Below are positions 49,907 to 59,116 of a stretch of 64,000 bases of DNA, piece by piece. Both the position numbers and the translations under genes were made by a program. Position 1 is the first letter of the stretch. The number at the start of each line of letters is the position of its first letter. A model generated the notes under the pieces. The model saw nothing but the letters and a program-made list of their open reading frames with translations, ran no database searches and was not told the origin of the DNA. This DNA comes from an uncultured Dehalococcoidia bacterium (GTDB lineage: Bacteria; Chloroflexota; Dehalococcoidia; DSTF01; WHTK01), in contig CAYRCD010000001.1 in NCBI GenBank assembly GCA_964422735.1, positions 10,501-74,500 of the forward strand, in the 5' to 3' direction.

Positions 49907-50704
49907 CTATCTCTGCAAGAACTCGATCACCCGTTGCCGGAAGGGGGCGGCGTTCGCACCCTGGAGCAGCTCCGTGCCGTGAGCCGAGCCGTCGTATAGC
50001 TGGCTGTCCTTCGTACCGGTCGCGGCCTGCAGCAACGTCGCCAGCGAGGCGGCTGCGCCATTGGGATCGGTGCGCGCCGCGATGAAGAGCTTCGGCTCCG
50101 TGACGTTGCGCACGTCGTTCTCGGCGCTCAAACCCATGAAGCTCACCGGCGCGGAGACGGCCACGACGCCGGCGAGGTCCTGGCGCGCGGCGACCTTGAG
50201 CGCCGCCGTGCCCCCCATGCTGGCGCCGATCACGTAAATCTGCGCGTAGTCGCGCGAGCGCACGAAGCGCACTGCCGCCTCGAGGTCGCGGTCGATCTTC
50301 GAGATGTCCTGGCCGCCGCCGGTCTCACCAAAGCCGCGAAAGTCGAAGGTGAGAGCGGCGATCCCCTGCGACGCCAGCTCCAGCGCGAATCCGCTCCAGG
50401 CGCGCTGGTCGTTCGGGAACATGTGCGCCAGGACCACGGCTTTGCGCTTCGGCCCGGCCGTGGTGTAGAAGTGCCCGCGCACCGTCACGCCGTCATCGGT
50501 CGCGAACGCCACCGGCTCGTTCGCCACGCTGGCGGACGGCGCCACCGTCGTCCCCGCGGACGGTGGGCTGACGACGACCGTCGCCGGCGCCGTCTTGACG
50601 TCAGGCGTGGACGGACCCTTCGAGCCGCCGCCTCCGCAGGCGGCGCCCAGGAGTAGCAGGACAGCCGCCGCGGCGGCCAGACGTCGGCGCGTGATGCCTG
50701 ACAT
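49907..50704 (-). CDS. alpha/beta hydrolase, probable lipoprotein
   Basis: Signal sequence plus LLLLGAACGG; GASMGG nucleophile elbow; HG near the C-terminus. Confidence 0.75.
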   Translation of the reverse strand: MSGITRRRLAAAAAVLLLLGAACGGGGSKGPSTPDVKTAPATVVVSPPSAGTTVAPSASVANEPVAFATDDGVTVRGHFYTTAGPKRKAVVLAHMFPNDQRAWSGFALELASQGIAALTFDFRGFGETGGGQDISKIDRDLEAAVRFVRSRDYAQIYVIGASMGGTAALKVAARQDLAGVVAVSAPVSFMGLSAENDVRNVTEPKLFIAARTDPNGAAASLATLLQAATGTKDSQLYDGSAHGTELLQGANAAPFRQRVIEFLQR

Positions 50705-50708
50705 CGGG

Positions 50709-53243
50709 CTAGTGCGCGACGACGTTCACCAGCCGCCGCGGCACGAACAGGACGCGCTCGATCCGGCGGCCTTCGGTGTGCACCTGGACCTTCGCGCTCG
50801 CCAGCGCCAGCGCCCCGGCCTCGGCCTCGCTGATGTCAACCCCTACCTCGAGGCGGTCGCGCAGCTTGCCGTTGACCTGGACGACCAGCGTGAAGGTCTC
50901 CGCTGTTGCCAGCGCCGGATCGAAACGCGGCCACGCCTGCGTGTGGACGCTGTACTCGCCGCCCGTGCGGCTCCACAGCTCTTCGGCGACGTGAGGCACG
51001 CTCGGCGCCAGCATTAGCACGAGCGTCCGCGTCGCCTCGCGCCACGCCTCTTCGTCGACCGCGCCCAGGTCGGCGACGCGCGCAAGGTAGTTCGTGAACT
51101 CCATCAGCGCGGCGATCATCGTGTTGAAGCGGAAGTTCTCCAGGTCCTCGGTCACGCGCTGCAACGTGCGGTGGATCTGACGCCGCAGGTCGCGCACCTC
51201 GTCCGCGCCCATGGCACCGAAGGACGGCTCTTCCAGGACCAGCGACCACACCCGCTGCAGCCAGCGCGCGGTGCCCTGGATTCCGCTCGCGTTCCAGCTC
51301 GCGCCCTGGTCCCACGGTCCGATGAACATCAGGAAGGCGCGCACGGCGTCCGCCCCGTTAGCCTTCACCAGCTCGTCCGGGTTCACCACGAAGTCGGGTC
51401 GGCTCTTGCTCATCTTCTGGCGGTCTTCGGCCACGATAATGCCCTGGTTGAACAGGCGCGCGAAGGGCTCGTCCCCGTCCACGAGACCCATATCGCGGCA
51501 CACCTTCCAGAAGAAGCGCGCGTACAGCAGGTGCTTGGTCGCGTGCTCGGCGCCGCCCGTGTACTGGTCCACGGGCAGCCAGTAGCTGCCGGCCTCCGGG
51601 TCCACGGGGCCCCGGTCGTACCCCGGATTCACGTAGCGCATAAAGTACCAGGACGAGTCCACAAAGGTGTCCATGGTGTCGGTTTCGCGCGCCGCGGGAC
51701 CGCCGCAACGGGGACAGGTCACCTGGACGAAATCGCTGTCGTTCGCCAGCGGGCTCACGCCGGTACCCAGGGGCTGGTAGTCCTCGACGTAAGGCAGCAG
51801 CACCGGCAGCTGGTCTTCGGGCACCGGCACGATTCCGTCCGTCGCGCAGTAAATGATCGGTATCGGCGTTCCCCAGTAGCGCTGCCGCGACACCAGCCAG
51901 TCGTGCATGCGGTAGGAGATGGCCCGGCCGCCGGCCCCGGATGACTCGATATAATCCGCGATGCGCTCCTTGCCCTCGATGTTAGGCAGGCCGTCGAACC
52001 GGCCGGAGTTCATCATCGTGCCCTCGTCGACGTAGGCCGCGGTCAGCGCTTCACCCCCGTAAGCGGGCGGAGCGATCACAATCTTCACGCCGAGGCCGTA
52101 CTTGTGGGCGAACTCGAAGTCGCGCTGATCGTGCGCGGGCACACCCATGACGGCCCCCGTGCCGTAGGAGTACAGGACATAATCCGCGACGTAGACCGGC
52201 ACCCGGTCGCCGTCGAGCAGGTTGGTGCAGTAGGCGCCGGTGAAGACGCCGGTCTTCTCGCGCTCGGTGGAAGTGCGCTCGATCTCGGTCTGCAGGCGCG
52301 CCTGCTCGACATAAGCGTCCACGGCGCCCCTTCGCTCGGGCGTGGTGATCTGCGCCACCAGCGGGTGCTCCGGCGACAGGACCATGAAGGTCACGCCGAA
52401 GACGGTGTCCGGCCGCGTCGTGAAGACCGGCAGCCGGGTTTGATCAACGCCGGCGATATCGAGCCCGAACGCGATCTCGACGCCTTCGCTGCGGCCGATC
52501 CAGTTTTTCTGCATCAGGCAGATACGCTCGGGCCACCGCAGCTTCGACGTGTCCAGCAGCTCGTCGGCGTATGCGGTGATCTTCAGCAGCCACTGGTCCA
52601 GGTCACGCTTGACGACCGGCGTGTCGCAGCGCTCGCAAAGTCCGTTCTCGACCTGCTCGTTGGCCAGCACCGTCTGACAAGACGGGCACCAGTTCGCCGG
52701 GCGCTTGTCGCGATAGACCAGCCCGCGTTCCATGAACTTCAGGAAGAACCACTGGTTCCAGCGGTAATAGTCGGGCCGGAAGGTGGCGACTTCCTTCGTC
52801 CAGTCGAACATGCAGCCCATGGTCTTGAGCTGCTCGCGCATGCGGTTGATGTTGTCTTCGGTCCAGCGCTGCGGGTGCGCGCCGGTGTCGATGGCCGCGT
52901 TCTCGGTTGGCAGGCCGAAGCTGTCATAGCCGAAGGGGCGCAGGACGTTGTAGCCGCTCATGCGGCGGAAGCGGGCCTGAGTGTCCGCCGGCGCCTCCGC
53001 ATACCAGTGACCGATGTGGAGGTCGCCCGATGTGTAGGGAAACATCGTCAGGAAAAACCACTTCGGCTTCGCGCGGTCGATTTCGGCCAGATAGAGCTTA
53101 TCGGCCTCCCAGCGCTCTTGCCAGCGTGATTCGATCTGGGCCGGGCTGTAGCGTTCGGGGCGGCTTTTCGTCACGGTAGCGACCGTCTCATCTGATTGGT
53201 TTTCGCGTGTTAAGCCCATGTCCTCCCCTTCGCGGGATATCAC
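50709..53243 (-). CDS. leuS: leucyl-tRNA synthetase
   Basis: PYTSGDLHIGH (HIGH), KMSKS, a CP1 editing domain and Zn-type Cys clusters. The start is GTG 53243 or ATG 53219. Confidence 0.95.
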   Translation of the reverse strand: MISREGEDMGLTRENQSDETVATVTKSRPERYSPAQIESRWQERWEADKLYLAEIDRAKPKWFFLTMFPYTSGDLHIGHWYAEAPADTQARFRRMSGYNVLRPFGYDSFGLPTENAAIDTGAHPQRWTEDNINRMREQLKTMGCMFDWTKEVATFRPDYYRWNQWFFLKFMERGLVYRDKRPANWCPSCQTVLANEQVENGLCERCDTPVVKRDLDQWLLKITAYADELLDTSKLRWPERICLMQKNWIGRSEGVEIAFGLDIAGVDQTRLPVFTTRPDTVFGVTFMVLSPEHPLVAQITTPERRGAVDAYVEQARLQTEIERTSTEREKTGVFTGAYCTNLLDGDRVPVYVADYVLYSYGTGAVMGVPAHDQRDFEFAHKYGLGVKIVIAPPAYGGEALTAAYVDEGTMMNSGRFDGLPNIEGKERIADYIESSGAGGRAISYRMHDWLVSRQRYWGTPIPIIYCATDGIVPVPEDQLPVLLPYVEDYQPLGTGVSPLANDSDFVQVTCPRCGGPAARETDTMDTFVDSSWYFMRYVNPGYDRGPVDPEAGSYWLPVDQYTGGAEHATKHLLYARFFWKVCRDMGLVDGDEPFARLFNQGIIVAEDRQKMSKSRPDFVVNPDELVKANGADAVRAFLMFIGPWDQGASWNASGIQGTARWLQRVWSLVLEEPSFGAMGADEVRDLRRQIHRTLQRVTEDLENFRFNTMIAALMEFTNYLARVADLGAVDEEAWREATRTLVLMLAPSVPHVAEELWSRTGGEYSVHTQAWPRFDPALATAETFTLVVQVNGKLRDRLEVGVDISEAEAGALALASAKVQVHTEGRRIERVLFVPRRLVNVVAH

Positions 53244-53467
53244 AGTATGACCGTGAATGCTTATTCGCCCCGGTCCGGCCCCGACTCGTCGGGGCGGAGG
53301 GGCTACCTAAGGACGAGGGCCAGGTAGAGTGAACGGGCGGCGGGCTCCCGGCGTGGGAAAGCGCCAGTTCTAGGGGAAGGTTCGGTTGTCGATCGCCGTT
53401 GACTGCGACCCGCAATGATAATGGGCTCATCTTAGCATTTCTTTCCTCTCGCTCGTCTGGCAAGAAG

Positions 53468-53908
53468 CTACCGCGCTGGCACGACTATGTGCGTCGTGGT
53501 TACCGTGGCCATGAGCCGCCCCTGCTCGTCCGTGACCCTTGTCTCAACAACTTGAGTGGTTCGCCCACCGTGGACCACGCGGGCCTCCGCCGTAACCCGC
53601 CCGTGATCCGTAATGCGCACGAGGCTGACCGAGATCTGCACGGCCAGGGGGAAACGGCTGGCGTCCATCGTCGCTTCCGGGTCGGTCACGGTGAGGGCTG
53701 CGTATGTTGCGCAGCTATCGGCCAGGGTGACGATCGTGCCCGCGTGGAAGACGCCGCTGCCGATCGACAGATGAGGCTTGTGATCGATGGCGGCGACGCA
53801 ACGGCCGGGTTCTATCCCCAGGGGTTCGACGCCGATCGTGTCGAGCATCGTTCCCGCGCTCATCTCTCTTATCTTCTCCGTCGTCCAGGCAAGGTCTTCC
53901 CGTCTCAA
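53468..53908 (-). CDS. PaaI-type hotdog-fold thioesterase
   Basis: GVFHAGTIVTLADSCATYA; about 145 aa. Confidence 0.8.
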   Translation of the reverse strand: MRREDLAWTTEKIREMSAGTMLDTIGVEPLGIEPGRCVAAIDHKPHLSIGSGVFHAGTIVTLADSCATYAALTVTDPEATMDASRFPLAVQISVSLVRITDHGRVTAEARVVHGGRTTQVVETRVTDEQGRLMATVTTTHIVVPAR

Positions 53909-54006
53909 AGGCTTACCATCCTTTGCCTTGACGCCTCGTCACTCTGGCGCCCTATCGATCCTGGGCGACGTGCTTCCTGACTTCCAATCCGCGCTTACGG
54001 ATGACT

Positions 54007-55002
54007 TCAAAACCATCTTCGATACTTGAAATAGCCGGCGAACACCATCGAGACCAGGAGCATCGCCCCCAGCATCAGAACAAAACCGTGGCGGAACTCG
54101 ATGCCCGGCGAGAGATCGAGGTTCGTGCCGTAGATGCTCGCGATCAGCGTCAGCGGTAGGAAGATAACCGCGACGATCGAGAGTGTCTTCATCACCTCGT
54201 TCATGCGATTGTTCAGGGATGAGAGGTAGCTGTTGAGAGCGCTATCCGCAAGATCACGCAGACCTTCGAGCATCTCATCCACGCGGACTATGTGGTCGTA
54301 GACGTCGCGGTAGAACATCAGCGCCTCGCGGCCGATCAGGTCGCCGAACTCACCGCGCGAGAGGCGGTTGACCATGTCGCGCTGAGGCAGGATCGAGCGC
54401 CGAAGACGCAGCGTGTTCCGCTTCAGGAGCAGGACTTCGGGCAGGTGGCGCTTGTCGGGCTCGGCCAGGATGCGCTGTTCGAGGTCGTCGAGGGCTTCGT
54501 CCATCTCCTCTACGGCCGGCAGGAGTAAGTCGATGAGGCCATCGAGGAGATGATGGGCGAGAAAGTCGGCGCCCCGGCTCATTAGATGGTTGGATTCGCC
54601 GGCGCGTTGGAACAGCTCATCGATGCTCGGCATTTCCTCCGTGTGGACGGACACCACGTAGTTGGCCCCAAGGAAGATGTCAAGCTCCGCCAGTTCGAGG
54701 CGTTCTCCGACGCTGAAGTAGTGGACGCTCTGCGCGGCGATGAACAGATACTCGCGGTAGTCGTCGACCTTCGGCGTGTCGGTGCGCCCGTTGTAGCAGT
54801 CCTCGATCGCCAATTGATGAAAGCCAAAAACGTCGTGCAACATCGCGCGCTCGTCATTTCCATCGCCCGTCACGTCTACCCAGAGCACGCCAGCCTCGCC
54901 GGCAGGGAGGCCCTCGCCGACTCCACATAACGAGGCAATCTCGTCGGACCCGAGGCTGTTGCGCATCCCCTCGTCGGGCGAGAGGTAAAGCGATCGGATC
55001 AC
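54007..55002 (-). CDS. corA: CorA family divalent-cation transporter with GTN in place of the GMN motif
   Basis: LSIVAVIFLPLTLIASIYGTNL plus a second TM and a KYRRWF tail. GGC ACG AAC sits at 54129..54121. Confidence 0.85.
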   Translation of the reverse strand: MIRSLYLSPDEGMRNSLGSDEIASLCGVGEGLPAGEAGVLWVDVTGDGNDERAMLHDVFGFHQLAIEDCYNGRTDTPKVDDYREYLFIAAQSVHYFSVGERLELAELDIFLGANYVVSVHTEEMPSIDELFQRAGESNHLMSRGADFLAHHLLDGLIDLLLPAVEEMDEALDDLEQRILAEPDKRHLPEVLLLKRNTLRLRRSILPQRDMVNRLSRGEFGDLIGREALMFYRDVYDHIVRVDEMLEGLRDLADSALNSYLSSLNNRMNEVMKTLSIVAVIFLPLTLIASIYGTNLDLSPGIEFRHGFVLMLGAMLLVSMVFAGYFKYRRWF

Positions 55003-56354
55003 GGCGGCGCCGCCGTCGGGTCTGGCGCTTCCGGCTCCGACCAGAAAGAGGCCATCACGTCCAGGTTCACACGCGGCGCGTGGCCGCCGAAGTGACGGCT
55101 GAGCTGGATCAGACCAAACGCGAGACCGAGAAGGACGAAAGGTGACGCGATCAAGACCGCCTCGACGCCAAAGGCGGAGGCCAGCGCGCCCAGCGCGGTC
55201 AGCGGGATGATCGCGGTCCCGTTCTTCAACGCGCTCTGGAGGGCAAATGTTCTCCCCTGGTAGGCCAGGGGTACGCGGCGGTTGATGTAGGTCTGCACCG
55301 CCGTCGCCGTTAAGGCGACGCCGAGGCCCAGGGGTAGTGCCAGGAGCGATGCCGTCCGCAGGCCCGGAGCCAGGTCCGCGCCCACCAGCTCGAGGGCCCG
55401 CAGCGGGTTCACGGCGTCGATCGCGGCCGTGAGGTCTCTAATCATGCCTAGCGAGAACAGGGACGCGGCGACGAGGACGAACCCCAGCAGGGCCGTCCCT
55501 CGCTCTCCGCGGGCCCTGATCAGGGCCGGTGTCAGCGCCAGCGCAACCAACAGTCCCAGTGCCGATGGCGCGAAGACGTACACGGCGTTGGTAGCGTCCA
55601 CGCGCACGACTGCCTGAACGAAGCGCGGCGCCAGGGTCTGCATCACGATCTGGGCCGTCCCCGCGAGCACGGCGACGAAGATCATCGTCGCGACCGCGGG
55701 CTGCGCGGCAAGCCAGCGCACCGTGTCCAGGGCGCGGACGTCGCGGCGAAGTGCTGCCATAGCGTTCGCGGGCGGTTTCTGGTCTCCGGCCGAGAGGTCG
55801 AATACCCTGCTCGCTGCCAGGAGGAGCAGGACTCCGGCGAGATAGATGACCGGCCGCACGCCGAACGCGTGAACGAGGATGGGGGCGAGCAGGGCCGTCC
55901 CGAACGCGGTCCCCGCCGTAGACGCCAGGCTTATGAGCGAGGCCGCGCTGGCGATTTCGGCCTGAGTCGCGACGTAGGGAAGGACCGACGACTCCGTTGG
56001 TCCGGATACCTGGCCCAGGGCGTTGACGGCGAGCAGCAAGAAGATCATGGCGTGAAGGTCGGTGCCGAGCAAGCTTGGCGTCGCCAGGCAGAGTAGCGCC
56101 TGGAGGTTGTAGGCCAATGCCAGGGCGACGCGCTTCGGCAGCGCGTCGGCTACGGCGCCCCCGTACAGACCCAGCACGGCCGGCGGCAGCAGCGCCGCGC
56201 TCCCCACCAGCGCCGCGTCGAACGCGGAGCCGCCTTCGCGCACGACCGCGACCAGTGCCCCGTAAGCCAGAGACTGCTGGCCGGCGTCGGAGAGGAAGCG
56301 CGACATCAGGAGATGCTGGAACCGCAGCTGGCGCAGCAGCGCCGTCTCGGGCAA
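54999..56354 (-). CDS. MFS transporter (start uncertain: TTG 56354, TTG 56402 or GTG 56492)
   Basis: About 12 TM segments. The N-terminal motif is LRFQHLLMSRFLSDAGQQS. The first ~100 codons of the tracked ORF are non-hydrophobic. Confidence 0.7.
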   Translation of the reverse strand: MPETALLRQLRFQHLLMSRFLSDAGQQSLAYGALVAVVREGGSAFDAALVGSAALLPPAVLGLYGGAVADALPKRVALALAYNLQALLCLATPSLLGTDLHAMIFLLLAVNALGQVSGPTESSVLPYVATQAEIASAASLISLASTAGTAFGTALLAPILVHAFGVRPVIYLAGVLLLLAASRVFDLSAGDQKPPANAMAALRRDVRALDTVRWLAAQPAVATMIFVAVLAGTAQIVMQTLAPRFVQAVVRVDATNAVYVFAPSALGLLVALALTPALIRARGERGTALLGFVLVAASLFSLGMIRDLTAAIDAVNPLRALELVGADLAPGLRTASLLALPLGLGVALTATAVQTYINRRVPLAYQGRTFALQSALKNGTAIIPLTALGALASAFGVEAVLIASPFVLLGLAFGLIQLSRHFGGHAPRVNLDVMASFWSEPEAPDPTAAPP

Positions 56355-56663
56355 GAAGAACCAGAACAGGCGAAAGGCGTGCCGCTGGCCCCGGTCCAGC
56401 AACCGGTCTGCCTCGCCGTAGACGCCTTCGACGATCCGCAGGCCCAGCGCGAGCGGGGTTTCCTGCGGACCGGTGCCTCCCTCAACGCTCACGGCGGGAG
56501 TATATCGCCGCACGGCCGGGTATTTCCGTTCCTGGTCAATGTTCCGTTCGTGGTGAGCCCCTCGAACCACTTCGAGCGTTTGCGCCCCTTCCCAACGAGG
56601 GCGGGCGGTGGGCCGCGATATTCGGGCCTCGGCCCGATGGTCTTTAGACTCGGCGACGAACAA

Positions 56664-57923
56664 TTATTCGGTCGCAACCTTCACCTCTGTCACGCCTGCG
56701 CGGCCGCCCTGCCGGCTCGCTCGTCCGTAGAGCAGCAGCGCCGGGGCCAGGGCGATACCGGCGGCGAAGAGCGCCGCCCGCAGTGAGACCGCGTTGCCGA
56801 TCAGTCCCACGACCGGTCCGCCGCCGACCTGGCCCAGTGCGTCGGCCTGGCTGCTGATCGAGAGAACCGTCGCTCTCACCGACGAGTCGATGCTCAGGTT
56901 GATCCAGGCCGTGTACAGCGGGACGTGGAGGTTCACAGCAATGCGAGCGGCCAGGTAGGTCGCAAGCGCCAGCCCGAAGCTGCCGGAAAGAGCGAATGCG
57001 ACCACGCCGGCAGTCCTCAGTGAATCGGCCGCGAGCAAGGCCGCTGCCAGGCGCGAGTGATCGGTCGTGTCCAGCCGCGCGCGCACGCGGCCGGTCACGA
57101 AGATGCTCAGCACTCTCGTGATCATCGAGATGATCCCGAACCAGGCGACCGCGCTGAGCCCCACTGCCGGGAAGCCAACCTCGCGCAAAAAGAGCGGCGT
57201 GTACAGCCGGTCGAAGCCCTCGCTCGCCATGCCCCAGGCGGCGGCGATGACCAGGATCGTGATCAGCACCGGCCGCCGGCGCACGAGACGGCCGCCGCCG
57301 ACAAGCGTCGCCGTCATCGCCGTCCACGACCCGCGCTCTTCGCGAGGAGCCGGCCGGAAGCCGTGCTCCTTCATTGTCAGAATGAGGAACGCGCCCAGGA
57401 CGAAATTCAGGCCGCCGCCGAGCACCATGGGCAGATTGATCACGATCAGGGCCAGACCGACGCTGATCGGCACGCCGATCAAACCCGCGGCCTGGGCCAC
57501 CTGAGACGACCTCAGGTATACCTTGCCTGCCGCTTCCGGCCCGACTTCGTCCGCCAGCCAGGCCTCGTTCGCGCCGCTGACGAAGGTGCCGCCGATGCCC
57601 ATGACCACGTGGCCGAGCAGGATGGTCTCGAACAGCGGCAAGGCGCCGGCCAAGATCAGCCCCGCGCCCCCGATGAAGGTGCCGATGATCACCGAAAGCC
57701 GCCGGCTGAACACGTCCGCCACGACCCCGGTGGGCACCTCGAAGATGAAATAGGTCGCCTCCCAGACCGTCCCAACGAGGACAAGCTGGAGGGGGCTCAG
57801 GTGGGCGTTCTGCGCCTGGTAAACCAGGTTGACGGTGAACACCAGCGTGGCCGCCAGGCTGGAAACGCCGCTGTTGATGAGATAGATGCCGGTAGCATCC
57901 GGCACCTTCGGGCTTCTCAGCAC
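56664..57923 (-). CDS. MFS transporter
   Basis: 12-TM pattern with GVVADVFSRRLS (motif A-like). ggaggtaagcGTG start. Confidence 0.8.
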   Translation of the reverse strand: MLRSPKVPDATGIYLINSGVSSLAATLVFTVNLVYQAQNAHLSPLQLVLVGTVWEATYFIFEVPTGVVADVFSRRLSVIIGTFIGGAGLILAGALPLFETILLGHVVMGIGGTFVSGANEAWLADEVGPEAAGKVYLRSSQVAQAAGLIGVPISVGLALIVINLPMVLGGGLNFVLGAFLILTMKEHGFRPAPREERGSWTAMTATLVGGGRLVRRRPVLITILVIAAAWGMASEGFDRLYTPLFLREVGFPAVGLSAVAWFGIISMITRVLSIFVTGRVRARLDTTDHSRLAAALLAADSLRTAGVVAFALSGSFGLALATYLAARIAVNLHVPLYTAWINLSIDSSVRATVLSISSQADALGQVGGGPVVGLIGNAVSLRAALFAAGIALAPALLLYGRASRQGGRAGVTEVKVATE

Positions 57924-57946
57924 GCTTACCTCCGCAGTGCCGCGGA

Positions 57947-57980
57947 CAAAACGAAACCGCGGACGCTATCCGTCCGCGGT
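57947..57980 (-). terminator. intrinsic-terminator-like hairpin in the 5' leader of the MFS gene
   Basis: Minus-strand RNA: ACCGCGGACG-gauag-CGUCCGCGGU followed by UUCGUUUUG. It ends 24 nt before the GTG start. Confidence 0.45.
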
Positions 57981-58242
57981 CGAAGTTTCTGCGACTGCCG
58001 GGATCAGCCGCTAACCGGCCCGCCGGGACGGAAACAAGATAGAAGCGCTGGGCCACGGCACTTGTGCTGTCATCTCCGTCCTCTCTTCCGAATTGGCGCC
58101 ATACTAGCGGCCTCTCGGGGCCGGCGTCAAACGCGCGATGTGCGGGGACTGCACCGACCGTGCGCCCGAAATTGCCGCGGCCGCTGAGGCGGCCTCGCAA
58201 GGACCGAGGCGCGGGTCCGGCATTAGCTGGTAGGCTTGGCCC

Positions 58243-59049
58243 GTGAATGTGCTCATGGCTGTTATCGAGTCCTACTACGATGCCGTGCCCCGCAAGGCGG
58301 CACGGGCCGAGTCGATCGGGCACTTCACCCTGTTCGTCAATGAGGGACCTGGTTGGTCTTACTACGCGAGGCCGGCACTGGGCGCGTCAGAATTCTCCGC
58401 TGCTGATGTCCTTCGCGTGCGAGAGCGGCAACGCACGCTCGGCGTACCCGAGGCGCTAGAGTGGGTGGCGGGGACGACTCCGGGCGTGAGGCCGGCCGCG
58501 GAGGCGGCCGGGTTCGTGGTGCATGAGCACCCGCTCCAGGTGCTGGACTCGGCCCGGAGACGTTACGCGCCATCGCCCATCGGCGCGCTTGTTCGCCTGC
58601 TCTCAGCCGAGGACGACCTGGCGCTGCTGGGCGCGGTGGCCGCCGTAGCGTTCGCGTCTCCGGGCACCGCTGTGGGTAAAGAAGGGGCGGCGGAGCTGAA
58701 GGCGGCTGCGAGCGGGCGCAGTGCTAGTCTCGTGGCGTTCGAGCGGGAGCGCTTGCGGACCGGGTCGACGGTCATGGCGGCCGCCTTCGTGGATGGCCAT
58801 CCGGTTGCGGTCGGCAGCCATCAGCCGGTCGGGAAGGTCAGCGAGGTCGTGGGTGTGGGGACGCTCCCGGCTTTCCGGCGACGCGGGATAGCGTCCGCCG
58901 TCACGAGCCTGCTGGTCGAGGATGCCTTCGACCGTGGAGTGGAGACAGTATTCCTGTCCGCGGACGATGCCGTCGTAGCGCGGCTCTACCAGGGCCTCGG
59001 TTTCCGCCAGACTGATCTCGCCTGCGTCGCAGAGGTGCGCGGCGTTTGA
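58243..59049 (+). CDS. GNAT family N-acetyltransferase
   Basis: VGVGTLPAFRRRGIASAVTSLLVE (motif A: Q/RxxGxG/A). Confidence 0.75.
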   Translation: MNVLMAVIESYYDAVPRKAARAESIGHFTLFVNEGPGWSYYARPALGASEFSAADVLRVRERQRTLGVPEALEWVAGTTPGVRPAAEAAGFVVHEHPLQVLDSARRRYAPSPIGALVRLLSAEDDLALLGAVAAVAFASPGTAVGKEGAAELKAAASGRSASLVAFERERLRTGSTVMAAAFVDGHPVAVGSHQPVGKVSEVVGVGTLPAFRRRGIASAVTSLLVEDAFDRGVETVFLSADDAVVARLYQGLGFRQTDLACVAEVRGV

Positions 59050-59116
59050 GCGAGGGACCGCCGGCGCCGGACCATTCAGGGCGTGATCAACCACGCCCCG
59101 GCCGGCGCTCCAGGCC

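Noticed and set aside
53188-53463. 91-aa minus-strand ORF in the leuS upstream region
   Set aside because: It overlaps the leuS start region and leader, has low-complexity composition and has no SD. It is probably not coding.
53244-53467. Possible T-box leader upstream of leuS
   Set aside because: The ~220-nt leader has hairpins (for example CCCCGAC-tc-GTCGGGG at 53279..53294). However, I could not find the T-box sequence (GGUGGNACCGCG-like), a specifier-loop/GA-motif arrangement, or a terminator with a U-tract. I am leaving it uncalled.
56644-58323. 559-aa minus-strand ORF overlapping the MFS gene in another frame
   Set aside because: The composition is Arg/Gly/Pro-rich with no TM pattern or motifs. 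The co-located frame 56664..57923 gives a clean 12-TM MFS protein.
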